From: Antechinus flavipes
Taxonomy: Eukaryota
Direction of reading: 5' to 3'
DNA: 64,000 nucleotides
Assembly: GCF_016432865.1 (NCBI RefSeq)
Contig: NC_067402.1
Location: 299,460,001-299,524,000 of the forward strand
Shown here: positions 10,901 through 23,875 of the stretch, piece by piece
How the letters are laid out: each line of letters opens with the position of its first letter
Numbering within the stretch: the first letter of the stretch is position 1
Made by a program: the position numbers and the translations under genes
The notes under the pieces: generated by a model
The model's database searches: none
What the model was told of the DNA's origin: nothing
Seen by the model: only the letters and a program-made list of their open reading frames with translations

Positions 10901-13289
10901 TATATTTAAAATAAAAAATTAACATTATATATAATGGAGATAAATACATTTTTTCCTATAAATTCAGGGTGCAGCAGTGATGTTCATTGTCACCACTTCT
11001 GTTCGACATGGTATGAGAAATGTTGACTGGCACTAAGATGAAAAGAAATAACTATAATATGAGAATAATATAGGAATATTATATAGGAATCCAAGAATAT
11101 TCACAGTTATTACCTTTGCAGATGATATATTGATACCTAAAGAACTTAGATTCAAGTAAAAATTAATTGAAACAAAAATATCCACACAAATCATTGTCAT
11201 TATAAAAACCTCAGTAGGAAGATAGAAATGTCACTTACAATTACTATAAAATATATAAAGTACTTTGGAATTTCCCTACCAAGATTCCCTACCAAAAATT
11301 ATAAAAAATACAAATGCAAGTAACTGCTTATTTATACAACTAAATAAATAAATACAACTGCTCATGAAATTAAATAAAACAGTTTCTGGCAATGTGTACT
11401 TCAATGCAGAGTACAGTATTCATATTAACATTTTGTATTAGATACTAGTAGCGTCCCATAGTATCAATTGGGGGAGAGGGGTTATTACTGCTCTTGTTAG
11501 TTATTCCCATTACTCTGGGATTTGTGGGAGCCAATGAAACAAGAGTTGATCTGCATGGATCATTAGAGGGACTTCTCACTCACTGGTATAGGAGTTCACT
11601 TTACTACGAAAATCATGGATCTAGTTCTTGTACACATGCACACCCCCATTCTGAATGTTTTGCAATAATTATTTAAAATAATTCCTTGTAAAATTATTTA
11701 GCAAACACCAATTATTAACTTCTCTGGGCAAGACCCTTGGCTAGGCACAGTAGGGAGACATAAAAATGGATGAATCATACATTAGATTTACAGGAAACTT
11801 AGAGACTAAGAGAGAGAGTTTAAGTTGAGAAACTCTTGGCTATGGCTTCACACACAGCATAAGATTCTGTGAGGATCCCTCTCTGTCTCCTACGTGGTTC
11901 TCTGCCATCTTGTAGACCAGCGATCACTGAAAGGTACAGGGCCCCAAAAGCTTAATTTTGAACTGAACACTGGAAAAAGAGGATGGGATTTGGAATCAGT
12001 ATACCTGCATATAAGTATAATAGGGAGCTGTGTGTGTATTATCATCTGGCTCAGATTTTGAGCCATGGGATAATGGACTATGAGAATAGTAAGGAAGCTG
12101 ACTATATCAGGTGTGTAAAAGGGTGATATGGGAGCAAGGTTAGATGGCCTGTGAGTATATAATGTTTTTATTTCAGGTCCAGCTGCAACTACACAGAACA
12201 ATTTTTTTTTCCTAGAAGAGTTTCATTCGGTTGGCTTCTGTTATGCAAAAAAGAATTCCACAAGAAATTTAAAACAAAATAATAAACCCCAAAACTCTAG
12301 GGACTTTTAAAGCGATATTTGCTTTCAATTTAGATTATAATCTAACATTGAATAGTAGGCTAAGTTGCAATATGTAAAAAGGTTTATTTTATGCTGCTTG
12401 GAAAATAAATATGCATTAATAAAAAAATTATATTATTGGACTAGAAACAATAGTCAAGAACTATATCACAAGACTGCCTTTAAAACACATGATCAGATTA
12501 TACTGTACACACATGTAATTCTTTAGGACCGGTAAGTTCTTTCACACAACTTTTGATCATATTTTGAATTCTTTACACCATGCCAAGTTTTTAAGTAGCA
12601 AAATACAGATCATTCTTGTTTGACACACAATGCAATATTTCCTTTTACTTTAATTCTGGATATTTTAAAGTATTTTCTATAATTACATTATATGTATGCC
12701 TGTTCATCTTGGTGTCCGGTTCACTGGTCAAGGGCTTGGTTAGATTTATACTGTAGTATGTAGGAAATGGGTAGGAAATAGTGTGAATGTAAAATTGGAG
12801 ATCATGTGCTACAGAGGGTGGGAATTCTGAAGAAGCATATTACAACAAGGTGTTAACTCAGTGGAATTGATGAGATTGTGGTTCTTTAGTACACATATAT
12901 TTAGTACTTAGTATAGTGATGTAATGGTTCTGTAGTAAACACATTCAGTATACTGTAATGATGTAATTATAATAAGGTATTTAAGGGCTGAGAGGACTAG
13001 AAATGGGACATTCCATTTTTGACCAGCCTTGTGATGGCGTCCTGCCTTCATCACTTCTTCGCTAAGACCAAGGCTCAGGCTGATCTCAAAGTCCTCCAGA
13101 AAGCTAGCCTGACCATTACATTTTGGCACTGAAACGGGGCCATAAGGACCTATACTCAGTTTGAGGGATGAGATTTCAAGATCAGTGGAAAAGTCCCTGT
13201 GACCAGGAAATAGGGTGAGTAAACTAATCACTTTCATTTTTCAATTAAAATGGGGCAAAAAAAAAAAAAAGAGAGAGCCTTTCCCACCC

Positions 13290-15755
13290 TCCCAGGAAGA
13301 GAAGCCCAGCCCAAGGGCCCCAGGCAAAAAAAACAGATGGGCATGGTGGCAGCAGAGGTTACACCCAGAGAGTCTTTAGAAGTTCAGTACCCAGACATAA
13401 TTAATCCACCAAGAAGGAACCTGATGGGGGAAAGAAGTTACAATTGGGGAGAATAGAGTTGTATACAGTTGGGACTAATGAGATACCCCCTAGCGAGGTG
13501 AAATCTGTTCCTGTCTGGCCTTTGCCTCCAGCCTCATGGTGGCCCCTCTGCCTTCATCCTTTGCCTCCAGGCACAGTCAACTTGGCCATTTCACCTCCTG
13601 AGATGTAAAAAACAGTGTCCATCCATACACTGATATGGGAAACTGGAGAATGTGACACGAATATCCCAGTCACTAATGAAGGTAGGCAATGTGTGACTTA
13701 TCACCCAGGAGAAGTAGTAGCATCAGGTTTACTGATACAGAGTTCTAATAAGCACTCTGATGATAGTCGCCCAGATTCTGACTCCAGGCCAAAAAATCCA
13801 GGAATATACTGGACAGCAGCTGGGACAGCTGACCGACCTATGCTCACTATATAAATGGCACTCCATTAGAAGGATTGGTAGACACAGGCGTAGATCGTAC
13901 AGTCATTAGAGGTGCCAACTGGCCCAATCATTGGCCAAAGATTAAGGCAGACACATACATGTCTGACGTAGGAGGATCAATAGTGGCTGAAGTTAGTGCT
14001 ACCCCTTTGAGATGGACTTTTGAAGGTGAAACAGAAGTTTTTACTCTTTTTACAGTTGAAAAATCTCCATCAATCTGTGGGGAAGAGACATTTTACAACA
14101 ATTAGGGTTAAAAATGAGTACCTCGGTTTTTTAGGCAGGGCTGCTGTTGAAGTTCTTTTCCTATCCAATGGAAAACTGATGCACCAGTGGGGATAGAACA
14201 GTGGCCCTTAGGTAGCGATAAAATCCAGGCCTTATTAGATATAGTACAGGAGCAACTTGACCAATGACACTTAACAACCTTCTCTAAGTCCTTGGAATTC
14301 CCCAGTATTGGTTGTAAGAAAGAAATCTGGAAAATGGAGGATGTTGACTGATTTAAGAAAGGTAAATGAACATATGGAAACTATGGGGACTCTTCAGCCT
14401 GGACTTCCATCTCCTACTCAATTGCCTAGAAATGGCCTCTTTGGGTTATCGACATTAAGGATTGTTTCTATTCTATCCCTCTCGATAAAGAGGATACAAA
14501 AAGATTTGCCTTTTTAATACCTAGTGATAACTTAGCTGAGCCTTATAAAAGATATGAATAGATAGTTTCGCCACAGGAAATGAAAAATAGCCCTACTATG
14601 TGTCAAATATATGTTGCTACTGCTCTTACTCCATTAAGAAAAACATTTCCAAAAGTTATGTTACTACATTACATGGATGATATATTGGGATGTGCACCTG
14701 AGGAGCAAATATTAGAAGCATGTCTACAAAAGACCATAGAAACATTGAAGAACTACAAATTGTACATAATTCCAGAAAAAATTCAAAGACATGCTCCTTT
14801 TCAATATTTAGGATATGAAGAACACCCTAAGGTGCTTACAGTACAAAAACTGTCCTTAAGAACAGAGAAGTTGAACACCTTAAATGACTTTCAGAAATAG
14901 ATAGGAGATAGCCAATGGATGCGTCCAGTGTTAGGTTTGACTACCTATCAGTTACAACTATTACATGACATTTTAAGGGGAGACAATGCTTTAAACTCAC
15001 CACGCCAGGTTACAAAAGAAGCTCAAGAGGCTTTGAGAGAAGTTGAACTGGCTTTATCCAATGTGGTTGAAAAGAGTCACTCAAAACCCTTGGAAATATC
15101 AGTTTTTGTGACACAAGAGGCACCCACAGCAGTCCTTCATCAAGGAGACAGTGTGATAGAGTGGGTGAACCTCCCGGCACAACCAGAATGAAGCCTTACT
15201 CCTTACCCAGTGCTTGTGGCTAGAATTTTATTAAAGGCCATTAAGCGAGCAGTACAATTATCTGGGACAAGACCTGATAAGATATACACCTTTTACATCA
15301 ATACACAAATTAATGTGTGCTGTGAGACCATCCCAGAGTGGCAAATTTTATTGGCCATAGGTCCAAATTTTACACATGCGTCTCCATTAAAGATAACCAT
15401 ACTTTTACATAATTGGCGATGGATTCTTAAAGAGAAGGTTTCTAAAGTTTGTCTTAAAGGACCAACTATCTTTACAGATGCATCCAAACATAATATTTGT
15501 TCTGTATACTCTCGTGACTTAACTATAAAGAGACTAGTCAGAACTCCTTTTCAATCCACTCAGCAGAATGAGTTGTATGCAATCATTCTAGCTCTTACTT
15601 ATTATTCAGGAGACATAAATATAATATCTGATTTGGCCTATTCAGTAGGTGTGGTGCAAAGAATTGCCACAGCCCAGATAAAATTTGTAGCTTCCAATAT
15701 ATATCAGCTCTTTAAGGAACTTCAAGAGCAAGTGAGAAAGCATCCAGGTCAGATC
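13290..15755 (+). mobile_element. Decayed class II (betaretrovirus-like) ERV fragment: gag end, dUTPase-like remnant, protease, RT, RNase H
   Basis: Protease LVDTGVD (13875-); [23 protein letters not shown] and LHYMDDIL; RNase H IFTDASK...QQNELYAII...IISD. Multiple stops and frameshifts; truncated before integrase. Confidence 0.92.
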
Positions 15756-16589
15756 CATCCACTGGCATGTCAGGGTTAGGAGGGGTAAGACAGAGAGAAG
15801 AGCCAGGTATAGGAGGAAGTAGGCTAGGAAAAAATCGGGGAGTGATGTCACCCAATATGGGGAGGGCCCTTTGGCTTCCTTAGTTGCTACCTGAAAAATC
15901 ATAGTGAAAAGAGAAGGGAGGGGTGAGGGATACAACAAAGAGAGTGGGGAAGAACAGCAATCACAATCATTTTGTAATATTTGGATGGCCACGCCCCTTG
16001 CCTGAACCAACTTCTTGGTGGTCAATTATTGAAAAGTCCCCGACTTCTATGCCAGGATTTCATAAAGCAGGTGGTCTTATGAACCATTGAAACCAATATT
16101 GGCTGTTTTTGGATAAAAGATCTTGCGGTTTTATCTAAAAGAATAGCTTCTACAATTGTAAAAATGCTTCGTCATTTGTCCTTTCATCTCTGCCCTTAAA
16201 TAGGGAACCTCTTCTTATCTTGATAATAAATCTGACCAGTTACACTCTCCCTACCAGTTTCTTTTCTCCCTTGGCCGATTCCCTTCTTTCTCTTCTCTTC
16301 TCTTCCCTCTAAAATGCTTTCCTGCTCTTCCCCAAGTCCCTGCAGAATATTGTTATTTGACTGTGTACTTTAAACTGGCCTGAAAAGTTAGAGAAGCACC
16401 GAATCTTTATCCCAATTATCTGAATCTGCTCCATCTGACAAGTAGCACCGGTATCCTGGCCCATGACATTCTATATAGGAGGGGCAGGTCACAAACATGG
16501 TAAAAGGTATGGGAGATGTGGAACAGGAGAGAAGAAGGAGCTCGTGGAGGATGCTCTTAACTTATTTTTTCTGTAAAAACCAGGTATAA

Positions 16590-16826
16590 CCTTCTGAATC
16601 CAATTCTCCCTGTGTAACAAGAAAACTGTTTGGTTCTGCACACGCATATTGTATCTAGGATATACTGTAACTTATTTAACATGTATAGGACTGTTTGCCA
16701 TCTAGGGGAGGGGGAGGGAGGGAGGGGAAAAATCAGAACAGAAGCGAGTGCAAGGGATAATGTTGTAAAAAATTGCCCTGGCATGGGTTCTGTCAATAAA
16801 AAGTTATTTAAAAAAAAAGAATTTTA
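16590..16826 (+). mobile_element. 5'-truncated L1 3' UTR insertion
   Basis: G-rich tract, aataaaaag and an A-tail. Interrupts sequence that is contiguous at about 33085-33115 and 42330-42360. Confidence 0.7.
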
Positions 16827-17055
16827 TAAGGTTCTTAGTTGAGGGAGGGAAGTAATGAAAGGGTTGAGGAGGGGTGGACAGGTTTGGGTGATCTACTGTG
16901 GAGAGTGGGAGAGAGAGCTAGTGAGGGTGATCTATCTTCTTGGAGTCTCAGGGGAGAGTTGAGTGCCAGGTGGATCCCAAGGTAATCCAAGGAGGATAGC
17001 ATCTCTGGTGTGAGGGCTTGCCAAAGTGTTTCGGATACATTGATAGTGTTACTTA

Positions 17056-17247
17056 CAGGGGTCCTCAAACTACGGCCCATGGAACAGATGTGGTAGCTGA
17101 GGGTGATTATCCCCCTCACCCAGAGCTATGAAGTTTCTTTATTTAATGGCCCACAAAACAAAGTTTTTGTTTTTACTCTAGTCTGGCCCTCCAACAGTCT
17201 GAGGGACAGTGAACTGGCCCCCTATTTAAAAAGTTTGAGGATCCCTG
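17056..17247. mobile_element. hAT/Charlie-type MITE (OC1-like), 192 bp
   Basis: Terminal inverted repeats caggggtcctcaaact ... agtttgaggatccctg. Absent from the paralogous sites at about 33290 and 42580. Confidence 0.75.
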
Positions 17248-17951
17248 GACTGTTACACCTTGAACGTCAAACTTTTTTAGTAAGTCATTTGGTTGAAAGG
17301 ATAAAAACAATTGGCAAAGTGTTCTGCAAAAGTTAAAGCATTACAGAAATGCTAACTATCCTTACTTCTGCAGAGGCAGCTAGATGGCCCAGTGTAAAAC
17401 CTTGAGTTTAAATCCAGCCCCAGAAACTTTGTAGCTGGCTGATTCTGGGCGCTTTGGGCATCCTTAATCCCCTGCCACGGGAGAAGGAAATGGCAATCCA
17501 CTCCAGTATCTTTGCCAAGCAAATCCCAGGGACAGAGACCTATGGGGTCACAGAGTCAGAGGGGACTGAACAACAGTAACGGCAGGACTCAACGAGCTCC
17601 GAGGTCTTTCCGGGGCATTAAAGGCAATCCTCTAGGGATAAGAGACAGAGAGAGTGAAAGCTTCTGCTCCAAAGCCCAGCATAGTGAGTGTCTGGGGCTG
17701 GATCTGCATTCAGGTCTCTGACTACAAGCTAAACCTTTCCTCCGGCAGGGAGGAGAGAGGAATTCCCCGGGACTGAGAGCCGCAGAGCCTGGGAGACAGG
17801 GAGAGCTTCAGACTCAGAGTCAGAGGGGCGGCATGGGGCAGGGACACTGGGGATATTGGGTGGGAGGCAAAAATGACCAGACCGGTTGGAAGCGGTTACA
17901 GACACAGGTAGAAGGCAGAGAAAGGTGCTGAGAAAAGTGTGTGAGGGCGTG

Positions 17952-17954
<3 letters not shown>

Positions 17955-18000
<46 letters not shown>
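17955..18000 (+). repeat. (AC)23 microsatellite
   Basis: Direct reading of the sequence. Confidence 0.95.
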
Positions 18001-18002
<2 letters not shown>

Positions 18003-18174
18003 CTTCCCTTCCTAGTCCTCTGGGGCTTCCCGCTGCCTGCACACAGATTGGTACTGCCCCCTTTTCCCTGGCAAAGAAAAGCTGATCTGGAAAGATGCTG
18101 CGGGTTGGGGGGGGGGAGGGAAAGAGGCAGGTCTGGGAAGAGAATGATTTGGAAAGGAAGGAAAAAAAATAGGC

Positions 18175-18683
18175 ATTAGAACTAGAAGCAGGTCATTATA
18201 CACGGCAACAACAAGACAACAATGATGAATTCTGATGCACATGGTTCTCTTCATCAATGAGATTCTTCATCACTGAACTGGCCTGAATAGAGCCATCTAC
18301 ACCCAGAGAGAGAACTATGGGAACCGAGCATGTATGTAACATAACATAGCATTTTCACTCTTTCCGTTATTGTTGGCTTCCATTTTTGTTTTTCTTCCCA
18401 GGTTATTTTTACCTTTTTTTCTAAATCCGATCTTTCTTATGCAACAAGAAAACTGTATAAATATGTATACATATATTGGAGTTAACATATACTTTAACAT
18501 ATTTAACATGTATGGGACTACCTGCCATCTAGGGGAGGGGGTGGGGGAAAGGAGGGGAAAATTTGGAACAGAAGGTTTTGCAAGGGTCAATACTGAACAA
18601 TTACCCATGCATTTGTTTTGTAAATAAAAAATTATAATAATAGGAAAAAATAGAAGGAAAGAAAGACATTTTTTAAAAAGAAA
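18175..18683 (+). mobile_element. L1 3' end insertion
   Basis: L1 3' UTR with G-tract, aataaaaa and an A-rich tail. The empty site is seen in the paralog at about 50200 (aataggcattgatt). Confidence 0.7.
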
Positions 18684-20820
18684 GCATTGATTAAAGACTT
18701 ACTGTGTGCCAGATGTATTAAGTGCCTGGGTAAAAATACAAATACAATAGGGTTTTTTTTTTTTACATTCAATCCCCATAGTCCTCTTTCAGGATATAGA
18801 AGATTCTCTCCATCAAAATTCTATGGAATTAGCCTGAATTATTGTTTATTGAAGAGAGTCAAGTGCATTGGAGTGGATCATCATATAATCTTATTTCTGT
18901 GCACAATTTTCTCTTGGTTTTACTCACTTCTTTTCGCATCAGTTCATAGAAGTCTTTCCAGGCTCAAGACGTTCTTTTTGTTATCACTCCTCCCTCCCCT
19001 CCCCTAGATGGCAGGTAGTCCAATACATGTTAAATATATTAAAGTATATGTTAAATCCAATATATGTGTACATAAATAGTCTTTAAAAGACTATTTATGA
19101 TTTCTGGGAAGAGAAAGACATGGGAGACTAGAAAGAAGTAGTGGGGAAGATAATGGGTGCTCTGAGCATGGTTTGGGTCAGAAGTAGAACCTGGAGAATG
19201 GGCTGTCTCTCCCCCCCCCTCCGCCCCAGCCTGGGAGAGAACTCCTCCTGATCCTCATCCAAATCCTCATGGGACAGCTGAAGAAACTGAGATAAACAAG
19301 GTCACACAGAGAGTGAGGTAGAAGTAGGACTAGAACTCAGTTCTTTTTCTTTTTTTAAAGAACACATTTACCTCCATCATTCTCTCTCCGGATGCTGACA
19401 GTACTTTTCGTTTCAAGTTTATTGGAATTGCCTTGAATTTCTCCATTGTTGAAAATAGCCAAATCCATCACACAATCTTTTTTTTTTCCTGATGCAATTA
19501 GGATTAAGTGACTTGCCCAGGGTCACACAGCTGGGACATGTTAAGTGTCTGATGTCAGATTTGAACTCCGGAGCTCCTGACTTCAGTGTTCCAGCACCAT
19601 GGGGGAAGAACATCTCCCTCCCCCAAGCTACCTTCCTTCCTGCTTCCTTCCCTTGTCAGTTCTCAGGTCCCACTCTCCTCCTTCAGCTCACTAACGCCGG
19701 GCTCCTCTCCCCATTCCTGGTCCCCGGAGGTCCCAAGGGCGCTCTCTGCCCTCTGCCCTCTCTCGTCTGACTCTGACCCTGCCCCCCTCCTTCTCTCCTA
19801 CCTGGGCTGTTATTACACCTGCTGGGGGGGAGGGGAGGGGCCGCAGTGGTCTGTCTCTCTGAAGTCTCCCTCCTCCCCAGGTCACCTCTGACCTTTCTGA
19901 ACCTCAGGTCTGAGCCTCCCACCGCCCTGTTCAATCAACCGCACAGACTGTTCCCTTCAGGAGAAAATATCCGATAAGGATCCCCCTCACTAAGGGCCAG
20001 ACACTGCGCCAGTGCCTTATAAATACTGGCTTTTCTGATCCTCACGACCACCCTAGGAGGTACTTGCTTTTTATTATTCCCATTTTCCACATGAGGAGAC
20101 TGAGGCAAACAGCAAAAGTGACTCGCTCAGGATCACCGCAGAGGTCGGATCTGCATTCTAGTCTTCCCGAGTCCGGGCTCAACAAAAGGCTCTTTGCTCG
20201 GACTTAGCAGCAAAATGACAGGTAGGACTATCAAGTCGCATGGCCAGGCGCTCTGCGGCATTTGCCAGTATCTTTATCTTCCTTCAGAAGAAAACGGGGA
20301 CTGGTTTGAGCTGAGCCATGGACGGTGGGTGGGAAACGCCTGCCTTGCTCTGCAAGACCCCCTGGACTTGGGCTATATGTCCAGAAGACCACCTCGTTGG
20401 GTTTACAAAAAGTTCCCAGTATTGTTTAACAACACAAAGCTGGAAAACTGTACAACTTTGTTCCTGTTGGGGGGGGGGTCGTCTCTTTGGCTTTTAAAGC
20501 TCCTTATGACCTAGCTCCTCTCTCACTTTTCAGTCTTATCTCAGCTTTCTTCCCACCCCCCCAACTCCGTAATTCTCTGATGCAGTGAAAATGGCCCCTT
20601 GCTGTTCCTGGTACATCACACTCTGCCTCCAGGCTCCTGGCCTTCTGTAGTAGCGGTGCCCCGTGGCCAGAATGCCCTCCCTCCCATATCCCCCTCTGTT
20701 TCTCTGGCTCCTTCAAGTTGCCGGGAAACCCGACCTCCTGCAAGAAGCCTTTCCTATCCTCCTCAACCTAAAGTTTCTCTTCTGAAATCCCAGCTAATTC
20801 ATCCTGCATTTATTTCTCAT
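18684..20820 (+). repeat. Block C, copy 1 (paralogous to about 50160-53145)
   Basis: 19590-20820 is nearly identical to 51950-53145; 19080-19585 is a more diverged match to 50270-50745. Confidence 0.85.
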
Positions 20821-21987
20821 ACAGAATTGTTTGCATGGTATCTCCCCCATTGGATTGTGGGTTTCTGTTTTTTGCATTTTTCAAAAAGATCTGTCTTCAG
20901 AGCTCAGCACATTTCCTAGCACATAAGAGGGGGGTGAAGAAGATCAAGTATTTATTGAGTACCTACTATGTGCCAGGCTCTGTACTAAATGCTTTATAGA
21001 TCTTGCTTTATTTAATCACTTTTATTTGTTGAGTAGGCTTCAAGAAATCCTAATTGACTTACATTTTTTCTCCCGGAGCAATGAGAGGTTGAGGGATTTG
21101 CCCAGGTTCACACAGACAGGACTTAATCCAAGCCTTTCTACCTCCAGGGCAAGGTCTAGTCACTATATTACATGTGCTTTATATTTTGAAATAACTTAAA
21201 AAATATAATCATAAATAATTTGTTAAAGGAATTTGTTAAAGGAATTGTATTATGTCAAACAGAGTCCATCAGGGTCTCTGAAATGAGACCCATCATCACT
21301 CAAAGTCATTTGACCTGGCCACTGGACAGCAGAGGAGACCAGAGTGGCAGGGAAGAGTTCTGCCGTCCACCCTGATGACCATACCTGCCAATTGTAGCCC
21401 ACCCAGAGAAGTGAGAGTGAAGGGCATGAGGCAGGAGCGAGGACTGTCTGTGAGACTTCAAAGTATCTGTACAATGCCTGGAGATCCAGCCCAGGCCTGG
21501 TGCTCCCGTTAGACCACCCATGCAGGGGCTCGGGAGGAGAGAGATGTAAAAGAGTGAATCACACACAATGGAAAGGACTTAAGATCCCCCAGAGAGCTCC
21601 AGTTCAAGACTCCAACCATACCTGGAGACCATGAGGATCATGGTTTGCCAGGCAGGATTTTGCCATGGAGAAAGCTGAATTTTTAAGTGGAAAATGGCTA
21701 AAGACCATCCTGATCCTCACACTGACCAAAATGCTGTGTGATTTGGATCAAATGACCTGACCTCTCCGGGGCTATTTTTTCACCTAGAGAATTAAGGAGG
21801 TGACATGATGGTCCCCAATAACCTTTCTGGCTGAAAATCTCTGAATCCACCAGCCTTATAGTAAATCAGGTATATGTGTATTATTGTTATTAAATATTAC
21901 TCCCTCTTGAATATTGATCTTGCCAAATATGTCAACGAGAAGGGCCAATTCAAAGCAAAGCCCCCCATTTCAGACAAACAGCAGGCA

Positions 21988-22037
21988 CTGAAGTTCCGTC
22001 TTCACCACCTTTCTGAAGCTCCGTCTTCACCACCTTT
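21988..22037 (+). repeat. 25-bp tandem duplication
   Basis: ctgaag(t/c)tccgtcttcaccaccttt x2. Confidence 0.85.
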
Positions 22038-23875
22038 CTGAAACTAACACCATTCTTCCCCAGTTTCCTACCTCAATTTCCCCAATGTTCCTTTTGTGTA
22101 TGGAGACTGTATCCTTCTTTCCTCAGGTTTCTGAGCATGCTCCACCAAGCCATTACTCCATGTGGACATCCTCCATGATGATGGGAGTGGGACGGGTATT
22201 TTTGTAAAGACTGAATTGTCATGGAAAATGAACAAAGGTTCAACTGTCCCTGGTGTTAAACATGTAATAGTGAAGTTGTTAGTTATATTCTGTACAGTCA
22301 TTCCTAGGCAGTTATAAACCTTTTCTTTGTTCAGTCACTTCCATGGTAATCATGAAAAGTTTTATTTACAATAAAGGAAAAAAACCACAAACCCATTGAG
22401 CTGAGGTACAAACCCCAAAGACAGATGGATAAATCCAAGTCTGCTTTAAGTAACCCTCTTACCCAGCAGCCTGGGAGATACAGAAGGTCAGCTAAGCAAG
22501 CTGCCACACGGCCAGGAACTGGATTCTGTCCCCGAATTTGCAGTCCGCTGGACTAAGTGACGAAGGACGTCCCGAGGACCCTGCTTGAGTCAGCATCCAG
22601 AACGGACAAGGCGACCTAGAAGAAAAACCCATCCATGCGTCCATCCATCATCTCCTCGGCCAAAGTCAATATGAAGGAGCAACCACTTAAACATGGAGTC
22701 CTGGCTTTCTCTCCATCTGAGGGGGGTAGGGAGAGGGGGTGTCCCCGCATTCAGAAAATGCTTTGTAACTATGATTCTTACTGTCCTCTCAATAAATATT
22801 CCTTTATGAAAGCCAACTGATGTCAACTGGCCAGATGATTTCGGCCCCTTTGGCTAGTTTCAAAGCTATAGGGGGAATACAGAATGTAAATGGTGGTAAA
22901 CACTGGGGAAGGATACCCCGGAATGGGAACTCAAGCCCATAGGTGCGGGACAGCCTCACTTCTGTCAGGGTAAGCCTGAAACAGGAGCTTTGCTCTGGAG
23001 AACCAGGTTCATCACTGCGAGCAAGAGTCAGGATGAGGATGCCTCAGGCTCATAAAAGCTCCGTGGGCACAAAATACAGAACACATGCAAAGCAGAGATG
23101 GGATAACGTGGAAAGAGGCACTAACTGGCACTGGGGCGAGGCACAGGGATGGGTGCTGGGGGTGAGGGGAACAGAAGGGCCTCCTGCAGCCGATGGCTCT
23201 GGACACGCATCCTGAAGCAAGCCAGTAATTCCCAGGGGAGACAGGAGAGAGGGAGAGACTTCCAAGCACTGGGGTGGCCGATGCAGAGGAACTCGGGAGG
23301 GAGAGGTGTGTGACGAATGACAAGAAGGCTGGTTGTGATGTGTGAGGAAGAGTTGTAACAGAACCGGGGTGGGGGGCAGGTTGGGAAGAGCATCAAATGT
23401 CGGATTGCTCTCCTCTCTGATGCGTGAAGCAGTTTCATTCTTGGTACTTACATGCCCCCATCCACCACAGAGCTCGGCACACAGCAGAAATCCTTGGGGG
23501 AAATCACTGTGCGGCTGCGGTGGGTTTCCTGACCTCCAAAAGCAGGGGCCCGCAGGATAATCAGAGCTCCAGCGAGGGGAAACTAGAGTTCCTAACAGAC
23601 TCTTATAGTGAGGGGTGGGACTTCGCAAATTCTACTGGGGTGGAGCTTCCAAAATGAGGGAGGTTCCCCACATCCCCAAAAAGTGGGGGCGTGGCTCCCA
23701 GGAGCCTTTGTTGCCTAGGGGCGGGGTTCCCCAAATCACCCTGGAGACCCGATGTTCCCGTGGTCCCTGCACTAACTAGGAGGAGGGCCTCTGGGTCTCG
23801 GTGCTCTAACTTGTACCACGCTAACAGACTAGACCTGAATGCGACCTGGCTGGGTATTTTTACAGCTCCGAAACG

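Larger units (their letters stand above)
5725..11800 (+). repeat. Array unit 1 (Ras-like gene plus shared upstream and downstream flanks)
   Basis: 5725-7387 aligns by eye to about 44230-45790, 57245-58788, 34530-35910 and 23485-24652. 8200-11800 aligns to about 26240-29530 and 60640-63920. Confidence 0.85.
15756..17340. repeat. Internally deleted copy of co-amplified block B
   Basis: 15760-16140 matches 40495-40870, then jumps to sequence matching 32660-33370 / 41905-42660. The GC-rich core of about 1 kb is missing. Confidence 0.8.

Noticed and set aside
12908-13237. 109-aa minus-strand ORF, possibly a KRAB-ZNF linker exon
   Set aside because: Only superficial resemblance; no KRAB box or C2H2 fingers nearby.
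17729-18179. ORFs with CV/HT dipeptide runs
   Set aside because: Translations of the (AC)n microsatellite.
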